This document shows, in pieces, positions 37,748-49,660 of a stretch of DNA of 64,000 bases. Where the stretch lies: contig JASANG010001881.1 in NCBI GenBank assembly GCA_030248215.1, positions 496,001 to 560,000 of the forward strand. The letters are read 5' to 3'. The notes under the pieces are model-generated. The model was not told the origin of the DNA. It searched no databases and was given only the letters and a program-made list of their open reading frames with translations. Source of the DNA: Enoplolaimus lenunculus (taxonomy: Eukaryota). The position numbers and the translations under genes were made by a program. Positions within the stretch are counted from its first letter, which is position 1. Every line of letters starts with the position of its first letter.

Positions 37748-39383
37748 ATAAACGGGGTTGTCACCAAAAACTAGAGATACGGCGGCTGCGCCCTGTGTAG
37801 TAATATTTTGCCCAGAAACGTGTATATCAAAGGAACAGTTTCATACAAGGGATATACACCGTTAAAATTCTTAAATATTCCATTGGTTCGGTTTCTGAGA
37901 TCTTAGTTAAGTATTTACGTAAAGCCATACTTAAGTAATTACATAAGCCGCCAACTTAAATACTCAACTTGTTATTCAAAAACAAATAAACCAAAAATGT
38001 GAACCATTGTCATAACCAAAAAGGAATAGATTTGCGTTATATTAAGAAGGCACCATGAGTCTACAATTTCAATTAGACCAAGGTCAGTTTGTTAAAGCAA
38101 GGTTTCACAATCCCAACAATTGGCATATAATCACCCGACACCTCTGGTTTAGAGGGAGGTGCTATCACATACCCTAAATTAAACCATTGCCACCGCATAC
38201 GTAAAGTGCCATGGTTCGCACGGGTTCTACCTCCTGCAAAAACGCAACGCGAGCCAGGTACATTCTTATCTACTCAGAATGTACACAGTTGCATACTCTT
38301 GTTGAAGTACGCATCATCCACTCTTGCTTATAGCAACTGAGGGCACGGTGACAGTAGCCCATATTAATTTCATGGACCAGCTCACTAAGCTTAAGCCTAA
38401 TCTAAGCGTAGCCCAAGGCCTAAGCCTAATCATATGCCAAATCCTTAGGCTTTACCTAAACTTCAGCAGTCTCTAAATTTATTCAGTCTACCTGTATTCC
38501 AGGTATGCAGGTCAATATAATCATCATAATCTGTTGTGATATGATATGTGAAAATAACCGTGAAATTATGCCAAAAACTGTTTAATTAAGCACAGTTTGA
38601 CCATTCTTGCAGTTTGGGTTTTACATTTTTCAACTTACGAGGTAATTACTGAAACAGATTTATGCAAATTTATGCAATATCCACAATATCATGCGAACTA
38701 CAGGTAACTCATTAGTAGGGTGTGATGGCAACCAAGACCATCCAGTTATGCAATATCAATACATGCCAAAAGTAGACAGTTCTTTGTGATCACAATAGAG
38801 AAAAGTAATAGTTGTAGCACGGCATTTGCGTTCTTCTGAGATATGAACGCAGCATCGTTGCTTGCGGTGCAACTGAATGAATGCATTCGCTAGAAGCGCG
38901 TGCCGGGTATTCACCCACTTTCGTCGACGGTCTGTCATACATCACGGCACGAAATAGTTACCTGGTGTACGTATGATATTGTGGATTTTATATTGCGCTG
39001 CGTAGCGTATGTCGATACATCACATTCTAGTTTAGTGCATCACAAGCTATCATATAGGCTTAGACTTTAGCTCAGACTCAAGTTATAGGCTAAACTTCGG
39101 TTTGTAGAACGTTTACTTAAGCCGAATGTTAAGTCTTGTCAATGTCTTTACCTTAGCTGAAAACCGGGGCCTGTTTTAAAAAAATCGGTTATAAAGTAAT
39201 TACTGCATCGGATCAGAATATTTCATTTTTCGCCCAAAGCGTAGCCAATTTGAAATTTTTAATTTTTTGTAGTTGAACAAGGAACGCATCTGTTTTCTCT
39301 TTATTACTTCTTCCAATATCGTAAAGGTTTAAAAGCAGGGGTGTGTAACAAATCTTTCATTTCAGGAGGGATATAAACCTGAC

Positions 39384-39545
39384 GGCCAATGTACAGAACA
39401 AGGTCGGAACGGTAGTAGAAACATATGCCTAAGCCTAAGCCTAAGCCTAAGCATAAGCCTAAGCCTAAGCCTAAGCCTAAGCCTAAGCCTAAGTGTAAGA
39501 ATGAAGTTAGTCTAAAGCTTAAGCTTAATCTATTACAGTCCCGCC
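39384..39545. mobile_element. Telomere-repeat MITE (family A, one end missing) with ~11 nearly perfect GCCTAA units
   Basis: GGCCAATGTACAGAAC... followed by (GCCTAA)n at 39427-39493. Confidence 0.75.
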
Positions 39546-39823
39546 GTTTTTTCTTGCAAATGTAGTAAGCGAGAAATTATTTTTGACCTCTATGATTCAG
39601 AACGGACTGTATATAATACTGTTAAAAGTTATTTTTATTCTCTCTCAAAACTTCAACAGGGGATATATTCTGTATACCCCCGAACCTTGTAAACGCCCGT
39701 TTCTAGAGAAACAAGAGGAATCAACTTTTGACAGCGTTCGCAATAACCATCTGAATTGTAGAAGGCGAAAAAATATTGTTTACATGACATTTCAATCTCG
39801 CAAAAACACCAAACGTAGCTTAC

Positions 39824-40124
39824 CTGTTCTACTGGTCATCGGCTCATGAACCATTGCTGTCAGCTCATGATGGGCAGTTGTAAAGACTTCTACCATGCCA
39901 GACGAGCATGATTCTTGCATCAGTTGCGTTTCGTCGTCTTGTTGCCGTTTGGTACACGAAGTGAAATATATCGAATGTGGAAAGAGTGAACCAAATCGCG
40001 TTGGATGCCTTCCTCGACTTTCAAATCCTTCATCTGAGGAGCTGTCGGTAGAGCTTGGTGGACTGCTTGAGCTCTGTTTCGAGGTATCAGACGAAGAACT
40101 CGTTGATGAATGACGGATTGTCAT
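39824..40124 (-). CDS. Probable upstream coding exon of the innexin (Ser-rich N-terminal extension)
   Basis: ATG at 40124, 100 codons MTIRHSSTSSSSDTSKQ...EPMTSRT. Strong donor ACAG|gtaagc is phase 1 and joins in frame (G|CG = Ala) to the acceptor at 28686 across an ~11.1-kb intron. Confidence 0.65.
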
Positions 40125-40533
40125 CGCGATTCACATGTGAGAGAGGATTTATTCAGCAAAATTTATTTTTCTAAATATTTTTAAAATGTAATCTACAATA
40201 GAAAAAGATTACATTTTTATAGACGATTTGATGAAGCTTGGTAGGGTACGCGTGTTCAGTTTTGAAGTATCGGAAACAAGTCGGTGTTGATTGATGGTGG
40301 ATGATCATGGCGGATAACAGGTGAGAGGATTTATTTAGTATAAAACTGTTAAAATGTTTTCTGCTGAATTTTATTTCTAAATACATTTTGTAAATTTCAG
40401 AATTAAAGTTGATATTAAGAACTCGCTGACGAAATCTGCATAGTCGATCAGGTCAGTTCACAGGGAAGAGAGGATTTATTCAGTTTGATACCAAATTTTG
40501 TATTGTTTCAATTTCGCTAAAAATCTCTTCCAA

Positions 40534-40770
40534 CACTGTAAATTCCAATGAGTTGATTAATCAGAGTTGGTTTTTTCTGAATTTGTACCAATAAACAATA
40601 TCTCATTCTCAGTTGAGTGAATTCTCATTCTGAGTTGAGTTGACTGTGGGTAAGTTGATTAACTCACAGTGAATTGAATCAACTCAAAATTCTGAGTTAT
40701 GATAGCCCTAACTCAGACTGCGTGATTCAACTCATTCTGAGTTAAAATCAACTCCCTGAAATTTGCAATG
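40534..40770. mobile_element. CACTG-terminated MITE family copy (CMC/Transib-like termini)
   Basis: aa|CACTGTAAATTCCAATGAGTTGATT ... AATCAACTCCCTGAAATTTGCAATG|aa. Confidence 0.7.
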
Positions 40771-41924
40771 AATATAAGAATATATTTTCAATAATGATTT
40801 GTAGAGCTGGGTGCATTGCTAATGCATTATTTCAAAACATTAAATGCTGGTAAACTCGCTAGCGAATAACGGATAGTTATACCAGTTTACAGATGTAAAG
40901 ATGTAATATAATTTTTTGTACTTTATGCTAAATCTAACAAAAATTATAAAATTAAGAAACTTTATTATTTATGTAAAAACTTGTTCATGATTTTAGGAAT
41001 TAAAAAGCCAAAATATATTTCAATTAAATTGCTGAAAATTGATAATTTGAATACCTAAAATAATATACAAGTTCACTGTTCAAAGTAAAGTATTTACCTG
41101 GTTGATAGCTGAAAAAAAGCTGAAAATCATCGTATTGTCTTACTGGTTATAAGCTTACAAAGTATAAACTGTCAAAATGTTCGACAATGAAATTAATATA
41201 ATCAAATATATAATTTCGCCTAATGATGACGTGGCAAAGTTTCCATCAGCCTTTGATATTAAATGTATTTTCTCGTCTCTACTGATAAAATCATTATGCC
41301 AGTGCGGTGTAAAGCGGAAACGATTTCAATTTCTGAGGCCGTCAAAACAAAACTGTCAAACTCACACAAAAGTGATACGTCTTAAAGAAACAAACCTCAG
41401 TCAGCTTTTGCCAAATTTAATCCACTGGCAATGGGGGGACAGAAGATACAGCTCCCCTTCCTGTAATTTTTTTGGTCAAATTTGAACAAATGATACATGT
41501 ATGTATACTTCTCACAATTCCCGTTTGGTTTTGCTAAAATGTTTTTGCCAATTTTAAAACGTTGGGCTGGTAATAAGATCAATGGAAGCTTTACGGACGC
41601 TCTCAAAGTTTATAAATATTTAAACCCTAAACGGTCAGTCCTATAAGCAATTTGAGACAGATCCTCGCAGGGACGCATATAATTGTGATTCCACCTAACA
41701 GCTTTGATTGATTAGTGGCGGTTGGGCTGATCCTGGTATAATAACTAACACTGATTGGATCGGTTTTCAGTTTAGAGTGACAACCGAGTTATTGTTCTAT
41801 CTCGTTGACGTCTGATAACTCGAATTTAATTGGATAATTATTATATTAATGCTTAATTTGATTGGTGAAATGAAAAGCTTTTACCTGTCATGTGTCGTTA
41901 GATGGAAACCTTATTGAGCAGTTA

Positions 41925-42173
41925 CATTGTAAATTCTAATGAGTTGATTAATCAATTCAGAGAGAGAATTGGTTATTTCTGGCTATTTCTGAGTTAATAA
42001 CAGTAAATATTAACTCACTCTGAGCTGATTTAGTTAGGTGTAGGTTGAGTAATTATCTCAGAATGAGTTAAATCAATTCAGATTTATGTTCTGAAAGAAC
42101 TATTTCAGAACTCACACCTCTGAGTGGATTCAACTCATTCTGAGTTAAAATTAACTCACTAGAATTTACAGTG
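41925..42173. mobile_element. CACTG-terminated MITE family copy
   Basis: CATTGTAAATTCTAATGAGTT ... AACTCACTAGAATTTACAGTG. Confidence 0.75.
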
Positions 42174-42426
42174 ATTGTTGGGTTTTGTCCTAAGTGTAAC
42201 TGGATGAATACTTAAAAGCGTCGTATTTTAGAATTATTCGCGTGTCTTATGAAACACTTGATTAAATACAAGATGAAAATGCCAAAAGCTATTTTAAATA
42301 CAATATCCGTGGGAACTATTTTTCAACTTCGCAACTAAAACATTTTACATGACGGCGACAGATTTAAACTCATAAAAAATTGATTTTTAGGTTGCAGGTT
42401 GAAAGCCAGTCGATCTTAGAAAATTT

Positions 42427-42663
42427 GGCCAATGTACACTGCAAAAAATGGTGAGTCAAATTGAATCTCTCCGATATAGGCGTTTCCGGACTACACAAAC
42501 TGAGTCGGCGGAAAAGTATTATAAGCATATTCTAAAGCCTAAGCCTAAGCTTAAGTCTAAGCCAAAGCTTACGCCAAAGCCAAGCAAAAAAAAGACTAAA
42601 GCTTAAGTTTTACTGTTTTCTATTCCCACAAAAAAACGTTCCGCCCCTGATCTTTACATGACC
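42427..42663. mobile_element. Telomere-repeat MITE whose left TIR is interrupted by a fragment of the CACTGCAAAAAATG MITE
   Basis: GGCCAATGTA|CACTGCAAAAAATGGTGAGTCAAATTG...(42438-42506)|GGCGGAAAAGTATT ... GATCTTTACATGACC. Confidence 0.7.
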
Positions 42664-43367
42664 AAAATTTTAAATATTACAAAAACGTTTGAGGGGTTGA
42701 CTTGTAATCTGAAAATCTATCAAGGGTAAAATTGAGCTTCATAATAAAGCTTAAACCCAAAACCTAAGACTAAATCAAAACCTACCAATGTTTGGAGAAG
42801 TAGAAGTACTTGGAGACAGGGTTACTTAAAGACTTGAAGGTTTAGGAGTAGGTTTATGATTACAATTGTGATTAGGTTTATTTTTAAACTTTTGTTTAGG
42901 ATTAGGCTTAAGTTTAGATTTAGGCTTAGTTTGCAGGCTGGTATAAAATGAACATGGAATAAACAAACGTTTTCACGTAACACCGTGTATATGGCGTCTG
43001 TCTATCACAAGCTAAAGAGTAGGGTTTGAAAGTTTTGAACAGGAAACAGTTTGAAAATTAACGCATTGTACTGCAGTGACCCGAATAATACGGAAATGGC
43101 TGATATTAATTGCGTTTTCAGAAGATTTTTTGCTCGCTATTCGGTTTCGGACTGTTATTTATTTTTCAAAACAGCTTCAGTTACAACAATGTTTCAGCAT
43201 GTGTCAGGCATTTTTTATGGTTTAATTTGATTACTGTGGTCTCTAAATATTAGCGAATGCTTCTATGACTGTTGCTAACATAAACTTTGAGTATTGAGTT
43301 AAATTTTGAACAGAACTTAATTCTGTCCATGAAGCACTTACACAATCTAATTAGGGTAATTGAAGTT

Positions 43368-43560
43368 GGCCCATGTAAAGATCAGGGGCAGAACGTTTTT
43401 CTGTGGGACTGCAATAGAATAAGCTTATGCTTTAGACTATTTTTTGCATGGCTTAGGCATAGCCTTAAGAATAAACTCATTCTTTCGCTTAGGCTTAAGC
43501 TTAGGCTTAGGCTTAGGAATACGTGTATAATACTGTTCGCCCCTGTTCTTTACATTGGCC
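43368..43560. mobile_element. Telomere-repeat MITE (family A)
   Basis: GGCCCATGTAAAGATCAGGGGC ... GCCCCTGTTCTTTACATTGGCC. Confidence 0.85.
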
Positions 43561-45310
43561 TTGTCTGAGGTTTATGGACTAATTAATATCTTTAAACCTC
43601 TATCCATTTCGTACACTTCATGGAAATAAACTCTCATATTGATGAAGAGTCAAAATAGGGATCCTGAACCGTATTAGTTCGTCCCTCTAATTCGGGTATC
43701 TACAGTACATATGTACACTTTGCACTGAGTTTGCAGTTGAATTTTTAAAAATTGCAAAAACAACTTGGTAAAAAACACGATAACACAACACAAATTGGCG
43801 CAGTGAGTTTTTGCTGCGCCGAGATGGATTGGGCAGCCATACCAAGAGAAAATATCAGCAAAAAAATTAAACAAAATTTTGACTAAAACCCGTCACCAGA
43901 ATTTGGCAGCGAAAAATTTGGGCAAAAAATTTAACCCAAAAATAAATTATAACTGAATTTATTGTAAGCTTCTTGCCAGATAATATAGCATATCGTACAA
44001 TTCTGTGTATCAGCTAAGTGCACAGGCCAGCAGGGCCTGAACTGTGTCGACTGGCGTTTTGGGTGTTGGCTCTAAAGGCTGAGATTAAGGTACGGCTCGA
44101 GTCTTCACAATTGATCCGTAGCCCTGCAGGAAAGAATTCCCAGGTGTGAAAAAGTTTATAAAAGGAGCAGTGAAAATATCGTAACATAAAATTCTATTAG
44201 TCACTCAAACGTTACCGATTTTCGGTTGCGCACAAATAAAGTCCACTCGCTCTGCTGGAACGGCATGGACGTTCATACCGTCTACAAGGCTTACGATTTG
44301 TCCATTGATGACATAGCTAATAAGCGGATATTTATGAGTTCAGAAATTTTTGTCTTATGGAACCAAAGATGAAACATTTAATTTTATAATCAAACGGAAT
44401 GCACCCCTGGTTGGTATGTATAATAATTCGTAAACAACACGGCGAACACTGTAATATTTGGTGTAAAAAGCGTCAACGTAAAATTAAGAACCACAGAACA
44501 ACCATTCCAAACAGCCTTTCTTTACAGCAGCTATTAATTAAGCTTACAAAGCGAAGCACAGGTTTTGATTCATACATACACTTCAACAATAACGGTGAAG
44601 CTATACTTTTGATGACGTTCGATGCCACACGTCATCGTCTGGCTCCATCCGTCATTGCCGTGTGATGACGTATGGCGACGGACGGCGACGGAAAGCGCCG
44701 CAAGACAAGTATAGCACCACCGTAAATTTGATTGTAAGTTCACGATAAACCCATCAAAAGACTATGTTTTTAAGACGGACCTCAGCGTTGGACAGCCGTT
44801 TGTTTTCAGGCCGAAGCGACCCCGTGGCGATTTGGTAATTTTTATGAAATGAATTTCCTGGTATTTTCCAGTTTATAAATTACTATTTGATGTTCATAGT
44901 CAATTTTAAGATTTCAATGCAATGCTATGCGGTTAAATATTATTTTTAATCAAAATGTACTCAGTAGCATATGATTGTTTTTCTGTGCTATCTTTAATCT
45001 CGGTGGTTTGCTTTGTTGTAACAACAATTAGCTTACACCTTACACTAGAGTCAAGCCTGAATAGATGTTTAGTCAGATTTCTGATTCGAAATATCAAGTG
45101 ATTGCAGAGTAACTGGCTACCAGTTTAGTATAGTTTCCAATAATATATACACTTTAGTTACCGTAAAAAGCACAGAATATAGCGGTTCATAAAAGTCTAA
45201 GCCTAAGCCTAAACTTTAACAAATGTTGGAATGATTAATTTTATTACTAAATTTGATTTATAGCAAAAGCGGTTTTTGCTTAATGGTGAGTTTACTGCTA
45301 TTAAAATATC

Positions 45311-45667
45311 GGCTAATGCAAAAAACGGGAGCGAAACAGTATTATAAGTATATTCCTAAGCCTAAGCCTAAGCCTAAACCTATACTTTAGTGTAAGAATG
45401 AGTTTATTCCTAAACCTAAACCTAAGCTTAAGCCTAAACTTTAGCGTAAGAATGAGTTTATTCCTAAACCTAAACCTAAGACTAAACCTAAACTTTGGCG
45501 TAAGAATGAGTAAATTCCTAAGCCAAGCCTAAGCCTAAGCCTTCGTGTAAGCATGAGCATTTTCCTAAGCCAAAGCCTAAGCCAAGCAAAAAAATTAGTT
45601 TGATGCTTAAACGCACTCTTGTTTAGTCCCACAGAAAAACGTTCCGCCCCTGATCTTTACATCTGCC
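45311..45667. mobile_element. Telomere-repeat MITE (family A), internally amplified, with perfect 8-bp TSD
   Basis: AAAATATC|GGCTAATGC ... TTTACATCTGCC|AAAATATC. The ~50-55-bp unit GTAAGAATGAGTTTATTCCTAA+(CCTAAR)n is repeated about 4 times. Confidence 0.85.
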
Positions 45668-46288
45668 AAAATATCAGAAACAGAGAACCTTGGCGAGGCT
45701 GGCCGATACACAAATGTCGTCAAGAACAATGACTGATTCTCGTTTGCGGCGTTCGATGATAACTTCACTTTGAAACTGTGTATTGAACAAGGATATAAAC
45801 AATGCACGGCAGATCAGACCGCGATGAACAGGGTCAATAAAGGCGCCGACCGACAAAATATTCGATTCAGTTCAAAGCGGCGGCAGTGTTTATACCGAAC
45901 CTACGAAATGCAACCGTCAATTGCCATTGTAGTCCGTATTTGGTGCGAGTCCTGGCCCCAAATTCTAGCGCACGCCATAAATGAAAACAATGACTTGTTT
46001 CACATCTGTGGATAATTTTTTTTCTGAATATTTTATTTTTAGCTTGAGATAACATTTATGTTGCGTTAAAAAATGCCCGCGCTAAAAATACAATGAAAGT
46101 TTTCAAATTCTAAAGTAAATTCAGTTTTGAATTTTAAGCTTTTCAAGTCGAAGCACAAAGCTGAGTCTTATTAGGCTGTGTTTTTAAAGTTTTTGTACGC
46201 TTGAATATATTTTGCTCTTTTGGCGTATTAATCGGATAAATTTTCTAGCTCTGCCGACGATAAATCGCCTGATGACAAAGGTAACAAT

Positions 46289-46630
46289 GGCTGGGTTTCT
46301 GAAACCTTACTTAAGTATTTACTTAAGTTGCCGACTTAAGTGAATACTTAACTTTTCGAACAAAAACAGATAACGTCAAATGTGAGCCCTTGTCATAACA
46401 CAAAAGCAACAGTTCTGGTTTATTTTAAGGAGGCACCATGACTGTACAATTTCAGTTAGACCAAGGTTAGTATGCCTGAGCTGCTAATCTGTAATATGTC
46501 AAATTTTGTCAGCGACTTAATTATTTATTTAACTTAAGCAAGATTTTAACAACACCAAAATGGTTAAGTAATTACTTAGGACGTACTCAAGTACTAAATT
46601 GTACTTCAGAACGATTTCAGAAACCCAGCC
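46289..46630. mobile_element. MITE with GGCTGGGTTTCTGAAA TIRs (PIF/Harbinger/ISL2EU-group-like, AAT/ATT flanks)
   Basis: aat|GGCTGGGTTTCTGAAA ... TTTCAGAAACCCAGCC|att. ACTTAAGT palindromes inside. Siblings at 48793-49134, ~50140-50440 (inverted) and ~37884-38107. Confidence 0.8.
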
Positions 46631-47513
46631 ATTGACGCCCAAATGTGTTAACCACATCCTTTGCTGGTTTGTTATTTTGAAATCTTTCTCGCGTAAAAAG
46701 CTGTTTTTGCTAACCCAAAATTCCAATTCCGTTTTGTTTTGTGACGCCTAAAATTAGCAAAACCTCTGGTATAATATTTGTCATTTTATAACCAGTGAAG
46801 TTAGAAGTTAGTTTTGGGAGCAGTCATTTAATTAAAACTTTCTGCTTTTAAGTATAATTCTGGTCAAAACCAGGTTTCCGAAACCTCGAACCAATTACAC
46901 TTAAGTTGAAAATTACATTTTCAAATGTTAAACCCAAAATGAGGTTAATAGTAAAGTGTTGATGTTATGTTAAATATTTAACATTTTCAGTCATAAATAT
47001 GGAACACTGATATAACGTGGATTTCATTTCGTGAGGCTTAGAGTTTATTCCTCGTAAACATAATTTTTGGCCTTCATAAGGCAGGAGGTAACTGTAAAAT
47101 TGTTCATTATTGGCGGTTTCCGCGAAAAATTTTGAACCATATACCCCAGTCATGCCTTGTAAAGGTTATTACGACAATTTTAAAATAATCACTTGAAACC
47201 AATTTGTTATTAATAACCTTTGTGGTCGACGCAGGTTAAAGCATAAATTATTCAGAACACAGAAGTAAAACTCACATATTCTGTCAAATATCTGACTGAT
47301 TGAAAACTTGTTGCATCAATTGTGGTTAAATATTGTTGCAGCTTCAGTATTCTCAAATGTGTGTAGCATCAACTATCACCCAGTTGCTGTTTAATACGTT
47401 GTGTGACTTTGAAAGTAATTTGGTTGTGATTTTAAAATTTTAGCAATTTATTGCATTCAATTTGTTCAGTGATAGTGCGATATTTCGTTGCTGCAGTTGG
47501 TTTCTTTCATAAG

Positions 47514-47644
47514 GGCCAATGTTACATTAAGGGGCGTAACAGTAGGTTGAGCATGTTCCTAAGCCTAAGCCTTAGCCTAAGCGTTGCAAAAACGAGTTCC
47601 TAAGCCTAAGCCTAAGCGTTGCAAAAATGAGTTCCTAATGGGCC
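47514..47644. mobile_element. Telomere-repeat MITE (subfamily B, internally deleted)
   Basis: GGCCAATGTTAC ... ATGGGCC with duplicated CCTAAGCCTAAGCGTTGCAAAAA blocks. Confidence 0.65.
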
Positions 47645-48115
47645 AGAAATTGTATTGGCGCTAGCAAAGTGAAAGCAAACTTTATTGAACAATACCGAAC
47701 AAAATCTATAGGGATAAACTGACAATGAGTTTCTGAATAACGACTGACTGGTCTTAGATTTTACGAGCTTTTATAGCCCTTAAGATCACGCCAGGAGGAA
47801 CAGACCACGTGGGTGCGAGGTGACACGTAAGCATTTCCTGCAGTTTTAATTGGTCCACGTTTTAAGCCACCTCAGCTTAAACATTCGTGCCACGTCGTTG
47901 TATTAACGCTATTTGCATAATCCACGTAAATTTAATATTTCCAAAACCCGGCGTGCAAACAAGTTTCTAAAAGAAGTTTTCAAACATTGCCGTTTTGACC
48001 ATGAGATAAGCAGCTGGATTGGCTGAGGTCCTGGTTCCTTACACACAATTGAAAATGGGTCCACTAATTTGATCGAGTATTCTCAAATGTGTATAGCATC
48101 AATTACCCAATTGCT

Positions 48116-48330
48116 GGCCCATGTATAGAACAGGGCCGGATCGTTTTCCAGCGGGGCTGTAATAGAGTCAGTTTAAACTTTTGACTTACTTTTTTGCTTA
48201 GGCTTAGGCTTAAGCGTAGGAATAGGCTCATCCTGACGCTTAGGCTCAGGATAACGTTTAGGCTTAGGCTAACGTTTAGGCTTAGGAATATGCTTATAGT
48301 ACTGTTCCGGCCATGTTCTATACATGGACC
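48116..48330. mobile_element. Telomere-repeat MITE (family A)
   Basis: GGCCCATGTATAGAACAGGGCCGGA ... TCCGGCCATGTTCTATACATGGACC. Confidence 0.85.
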
Positions 48331-48792
48331 AATTTGCTTATATGTCTTGTTACTTTAGAACCATTACAGTCGCGGCGTATCAGAATGAAATGGTATATTT
48401 CAGGAGTGAAACTTGTTTATTTCTGATCTTTTTGTAATTTCGCGTTCATAATTTCAGCGAATTCGCTTATTGGCAATTTTTTGAAAACTGCTGATAGCGC
48501 GATCTCTTATTAATATTCCTTTAAGGAATATTGAATATGTGTCGCAGGATTAGGTTGGCAATAAAAATCGGCGCTGGCATTTTGACAATAACCGGTCTGC
48601 TATTGGCTATTTATGAAAATGACTGTATAAATTAGATGTTTTCATTTCGTTGATTATCTCAAATTGTAACCAGCATACATGGTCATTTGCCTAAGCAAGG
48701 TGTCTAATAAATTTATCTTTTTTCAGTTTAACGAACCTCTATCTTGTAAGTTTTCTAAAGTTTATTTTGTTTGATATGCATTAAGGGACATT

Positions 48793-49134
48793 GGCTGGGT
48801 TTCTGAAATCTTACATAAGTATTTACTTTAGTTATGCTTAAATTATTACTTAAGTCGCCGACTTAAGCAAATATTTAACTTTTCGATCAAAACAGGTAAA
48901 CGCCAGATGTTAGCCGTTGTCATAACAAAAAGTAATAGTTTTGATTTATATTAAGGGGACACCACGAATCTGCAATTCCAGTTGGACCAAGGTTAGTATA
49001 TGTCAACGGTTAATTTGTAATCAACCAGATTTAGTCAGCGGCTTAAGTATTTGCTTAAATTAAGTAGCTAAGTAATTACTTACCAGGTATTTGAGTACCA
49101 AGTGATACTAAAGTAGGGTTTCAAAACCCCAACC
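48793..49134. mobile_element. MITE, sibling of 46289-46630
   Basis: GGCTGGGTTTCTGAAA start and colinear body. Confidence 0.75.
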
Positions 49135-49547
49135 ACTAAATTTGAACATGATTAGGTCATTGACCTTTCTTGGGTGTATTAACCTAATTTCAATTGCGAT
49201 TCCTACTATACTGTGACCCTGTCAGCATAACCAATGTTTCAAAGGTTAATTCTGTACACGTTTTGATCTCATAATTACGTCACAAGCTATGATTTAACAT
49301 AGCGATATTCTTCTCTGCTTTAACCTTTGAAACTGGCTAAATTTTAATATTTAAGTTCTTAAATTAAAGTCACATTTGAACTTTATTCATCTGTTTAAAT
49401 TCTATTTCTCGATTGGATTTTGGTCGTTAATTTTAAAAATACAAATATCATCTATTGCATCCAATGATATTACCAGTAGGCATGGTAACACTAAGCTTAA
49501 CAAATTCTGCCAATGAGGCATTATTGCTTTATATTGCTTGGTTTTCG

Positions 49548-49660
49548 ATATATACATATACATATATACATATATATTCATATATATATACATATATACA
49601 TATATATTCATATATATTTATTTATGTATTTATTTATTTATTAATATATGTGTATATATC
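49548..49660. repeat. (TA)/(TACA)-type microsatellite
   Basis: tatatacatatacatatata... run. Confidence 0.9.

Noticed and set aside
44015..44125. Possible minus-strand terminal exon (ttcctgcag|..LRINCEDSSRTL...*)
   Set aside because: No recognisable homology or partner exons, so support is insufficient.
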